Below are positions 33,447-36,437 of a DNA stretch of 36,437 nucleotides, piece by piece. A model generated the notes under the pieces. It saw only the letters and a program-made list of their open reading frames with translations, did not search any database and was not told where the DNA came from. How positions within the stretch are numbered: the first letter of the stretch is position 1; each line of letters starts with the position of its first letter. Source of the stretch: Octopus bimaculoides (Eukaryota); contig NC_068989.1 in NCBI RefSeq assembly GCF_001194135.2, positions 43,612,766 through 43,649,202 on the forward strand. Reading direction: 5' to 3'. The translations under genes were made by a program, and so were the position numbers.

Positions 33447-33795
33447 TCATCATTTAATGTCCGTTGTCCATGCTGGCATAGGTTGGACAGTTTAACTGGG
33501 CTGGCACACTGGAAGGCTGCACCAGACTCCAGTCTGATTTGGAATGGTTTTCTACAGTTGGATGCCTTTCCTAAAGCTAACCACTCCAAGAGTGTAACGG
33601 GTGCTTTTACATGCCACTGGCACAAGTGCTATTTTCTTGACACCAGGGTGTGTTAATGTGCCACCAGCACGGGTGCCAATTTGTGTAACACTGATGTCTG
33701 TCACAACTGCGATTTTGCTCGGCTTGATGGGTCTTCTTCTCAAGCAAAACATAATGCCAAAGGTCTTGGTCATTGCCTCCATGAGGCCCATCACT
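33447..33795 (-). mobile_element. RTE-LINE 3' end, tail-to-tail with the previous copy
   Basis: DQDLWHYVLLEKK..QAE ORF end on the minus strand, common tail and (GAT)n. Confidence 0.8.
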
Positions 33796-33816
33796 TGACA
33801 GGAACTCAGCCACCTT

Positions 33817-33826
33817 NNNNNNNNNN
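33817..33826. other. Assembly gap (10 N)
   Basis: N run. Confidence 1.
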
Positions 33827-33867
33827 ATATATATACACACACACACACACATACATGTGTATCATCA

Positions 33868-34050
33868 TCCTCATCTCAACATCTGCTTTTCTATGCTCGC
33901 ATGGGCTTGAAGGAATCTGTTGAGGCAAATTTTCTATGGCCGGATGCTCTTTCTGTTACCAGCCCTCAACTTTACCTGTTTCCAAGTAAGGTAATATTTC
34001 CCCATAACCAGACATGTTTCCATGGAAGACTTAAAACAAAGCACACTGTT
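33868..34050 (-). mobile_element. Type B SINE tail
   Basis: CCGGATGCTCTTTCTGTTACCAGCCC..CCTGTTTCCAAGTAAGG is the reverse of the 10260-10308 tail. Confidence 0.65.
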
Positions 34051-34692
34051 TGCATGATGGTGACACTTGTTAACGAAGGACATGTTGGAAAATGTAATTT
34101 CAGATAGATAAAAAAAGACGAGATGGTCATGAGCGGAACGTCTCTGAATATATGTCTGCTTAATCAGAGCTGGTATAGAACTAAACAGCAGCTTACAAGT
34201 GGAATCTCAATATTGGTAAACTAAAAGGGAATTTGAAACAAATACCATGGTGATCAGATTTAAACATTTAATTGTTGTATAACTAAATAAAGAAGAGAGG
34301 AAAATGGGATACTAACTTCATTTCTGTAGATGAATGCCAAAATTCCAATCGACACTTGAACAAAAAATGCAACCACTGTAATTGTCAGGAACTGAAAAGA
34401 GAGGTAAAAAATGAATAAAATACATGGAAAAAAAAATTTAAATTAAAATTAAAATTAAAACTAAGAAAGAGATTTCTGAGGTGGAGGCATGGCTATATGG
34501 TTAAGAAGTTCACTAACCCCAGCCAGAATCGAACCCACAAATCAACGTTAGCATGGCTCCTTGTTAGCATTGATGTGTGGGTTCGATTCTGGATGGGGTT
34601 AGCTCATCATTTTTCAGTCATTTGTTTGTATTTAGAAGTTGTCACTTCAAATCAGAGAATAAAATATTATTATGATATATATATATATATAT

Positions 34693-35565
34693 ATATGATG
34701 ATTGTCTACTCCTTATGCAGAGTCTGACCACCTCTTGTACCGACACCTTAGATCCATCATGGTATCTGATGTGGCTTTTTGAACTAGATAATGTATTGAA
34801 AAGACACCCACATAGATTGCATATTTGATTTGGACTACCAAGAGCTGCAGTTAAGTTCTGATCTTTGTGGATCTTCAAATGTCTTTTGAGGCCTCTATTG
34901 GACTTGCAGACTTTATGGCATACACAGCATTGAAAGGTGTGCACAGATGTATAGGCAAAAGAGTTGGTGGAGGTTCGTTTTCCATGGGTCTGCAAATGAA
35001 ATTTGAACCCAGCAAAAGAAAGGTATGGTATGTCACAAATTGTGCACACAAAAAAGGTTACTGAGATTTACCTTCTCAGTCACAACATTCTTCTTTAAAT
35101 CTCTCTTGAGTTTTGCATATGCTATCCTGGCCTCCTCAAATGCTTTCACTCCACACTTTTGTTCACCATCCAGCTTGATCCAAAGCAAAGGTTTTATGGC
35201 CTTGGATCCATTTCAAGTGACTTCATTTAAGTCCTTATGCCATCTTTAAACATCTCTTTAGGCTTACACCGATTATGTTTCCCCTCTGCAAGCTCGCCAT
35301 AAAACAGCTGTTTGGGTGTGCGTTCATCTGCCATTTGAACAATATGGCCAGACCACCTCATTTGATTTCTCAGAATCATTGATTTAATAGAAGTGATGCC
35401 TGCTGATGCAAAGACATCTGTGTCTGCAGTAAAAAAGCTCCATTTAACGTTTAAAATGCAGTGAAGGCACTTTCGGTGGAATCGGTCTAACAGTTTGAAA
35501 TGTCTTTCATAACATGTCCATGTTTCAGAAGAATACAACAGAGATGGTAATTTTGTGTTGTTATT
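34693..35565 (-). mobile_element. RTE (BovB-like) LINE 3' fragment ending in three C2H2 zinc fingers
   Basis: LPSLLYSSETW..FHRKCLHCIL..QMRWSGHIVQMADERTPKQLFYGEL..KPK..FKD (RTE C-terminal region), frameshifted linker, three C-x2-C-x12-H-x3-H motifs, and a short (CAT)n tail. Confidence 0.88.
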
Positions 35566-35663
35566 CATATGTCGTTGGTGCCATCAAACAATTTGGTAAA
35601 ATTGTAATTGACCTGTTTACCAAATGGAACGATTAACCATAAAGTATTTTTCAAGTTAAGATC

Positions 35664-35702
<39 letters not shown>

Positions 35703-35799
35703 CATACATATGTAAATATATGCACAAGTAGGTTGTCCCATATTATATCATAGGTCCCTATCTCCTCTGCTTTCTTGGCATATGCACCAGCTAGGACTT

Positions 35800-35870
35800 T
35801 TCAAAATCTGTTTGGTTGAATGAGTCACCAGTGGTGTCCTTCAAGGGACTGTCTTGGGCCCACTTCTGTC
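35800..35870 (+). mobile_element. Tiny non-LTR reverse-transcriptase fragment (CR1/L2/Jockey-like)
   Basis: From 35824 it reads VTSGVLQGTVLGPLL, matching the RT motif SGVPQGSVLGPLL. Confidence 0.7.
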
Positions 35871-35872
35871 TA

Positions 35873-36180
35873 TCTATATATATAAAAATGAGAATGTGTG
35901 TGTGTGTGTGTGTGAATCCCTAAAACTTGAGAACTACGCAACCAATTTCATTCAAATTTTACAGATGCCTTACTTAGGGTTCCAGTTGTGTTTTAGTCAA
36001 AAAAAATTTTTAACTTCTTGCAGAGTTCGAGCCCACGGCAACATAATATCTCCACTATTTAAGTATTACGTGTCAAAAGTGAAACAAAAACACTCATGTC
36101 AAGTACTTTCACTTTAAAAATGAAACTATTCCACTAACTGAAACAATCACATTTCGATACTGTAATGACAGATACTTTCA
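35873..36180 (+). mobile_element. Non-autonomous Helitron-like 5' end
   Basis: A|TCTATATATATAAAAATGAGAATG(TG)n..GAACTACGCAACCAATTTCATTCAAATTT: a 5'-TC start after A, a subterminal microsatellite, and a motif typical of small Helitrons. Confidence 0.6.
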
Positions 36181-36232
36181 GAAAGAGAGAAAGAGAGAAA
36201 GAGAGATGTATAGATGTATACATATAGATGTA

Positions 36233-36340
36233 CTAGCAGAAATACCCGGCTTTGCCCGGGTTAAAGAGAATAATGAAATCTAAAAATGCCGTCTAGACTA
36301 CGCAACCCTCAACTGTTAGTAGCTACGATACCATATTTCT
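36233..36340 (-). mobile_element. Helitron-like 3' end (minus strand)
   Basis: On the minus strand a GC hairpin (ACCCGG 36244-36249 / CCGGGT 36256-36261) lies 7 nt before CTAG|T (36236-36233). Confidence 0.68.
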
Positions 36341-36437
36341 ACATTAATAACTCTCCAATCCATGCCAGCATGGAACATAGACATTAAGTGGAATGTTAGA
36401 AGAAAGTTTTCAACTCATATGTATATAAAGTAAATAC

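Noticed and set aside
34642-35049. C2H2 ORF as a standalone zinc-finger transcription factor gene
   Set aside because: It is contiguous with RTE ORF remnants and a LINE-type (CAT)n tail, and its start codon is non-ATG with no exon structure.
32000-36437. Upstream tetraspanin TM1-TM3 exons
   Set aside because: I found no minus-strand AG..GT segment encoding a transmembrane helix; they are probably beyond the window.

Overview
This is AT-rich animal genomic DNA, dense in microsatellites and retroposons. The SINE and RTE-LINE families look like those of coleoid cephalopods (Octopus-like), which is an inference. Two host genes point toward each other and both are 5'-incomplete in the window. On the + strand are the last two coding exons of mitochondrial ribosomal protein bL20m/MRPL20 (6176-6241, 9464-9565). 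On the - strand are the last five coding exons of an eight-cysteine (TspanC8) tetraspanin most similar to TSPAN15 (31893-31991, 31603-31719, 28449-28496, 27568-27684, 22632-22736). All of these exons have canonical AG/GT boundaries and splice in phase 0. The rest is mainly RTE-LINE 3' ends, several tRNA-derived SINE types, a deleted maT/Tc1-mariner, hAT-Charlie and piggyBac-like MITEs, a Gypsy gag-protease relic, Helitron-like ends, microsatellites and four N gaps. Most of the ORF track is microsatellite or TE noise. I see no convincing new multi-gene system. The most unusual things are three unrelated fold-back structures (a 32-bp perfect hairpin, a palindrome with ~110-bp arms, and a ~400-bp inverted repeat), an RTE LINE ending in three C2H2 fingers, modular LINE/SINE tails, oriented SINE arrays, and a ~3-kb TE-free block that may be a long 3' UTR. 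TE boundaries are approximate (read by eye); exon, TSD and palindrome coordinates were counted base by base.
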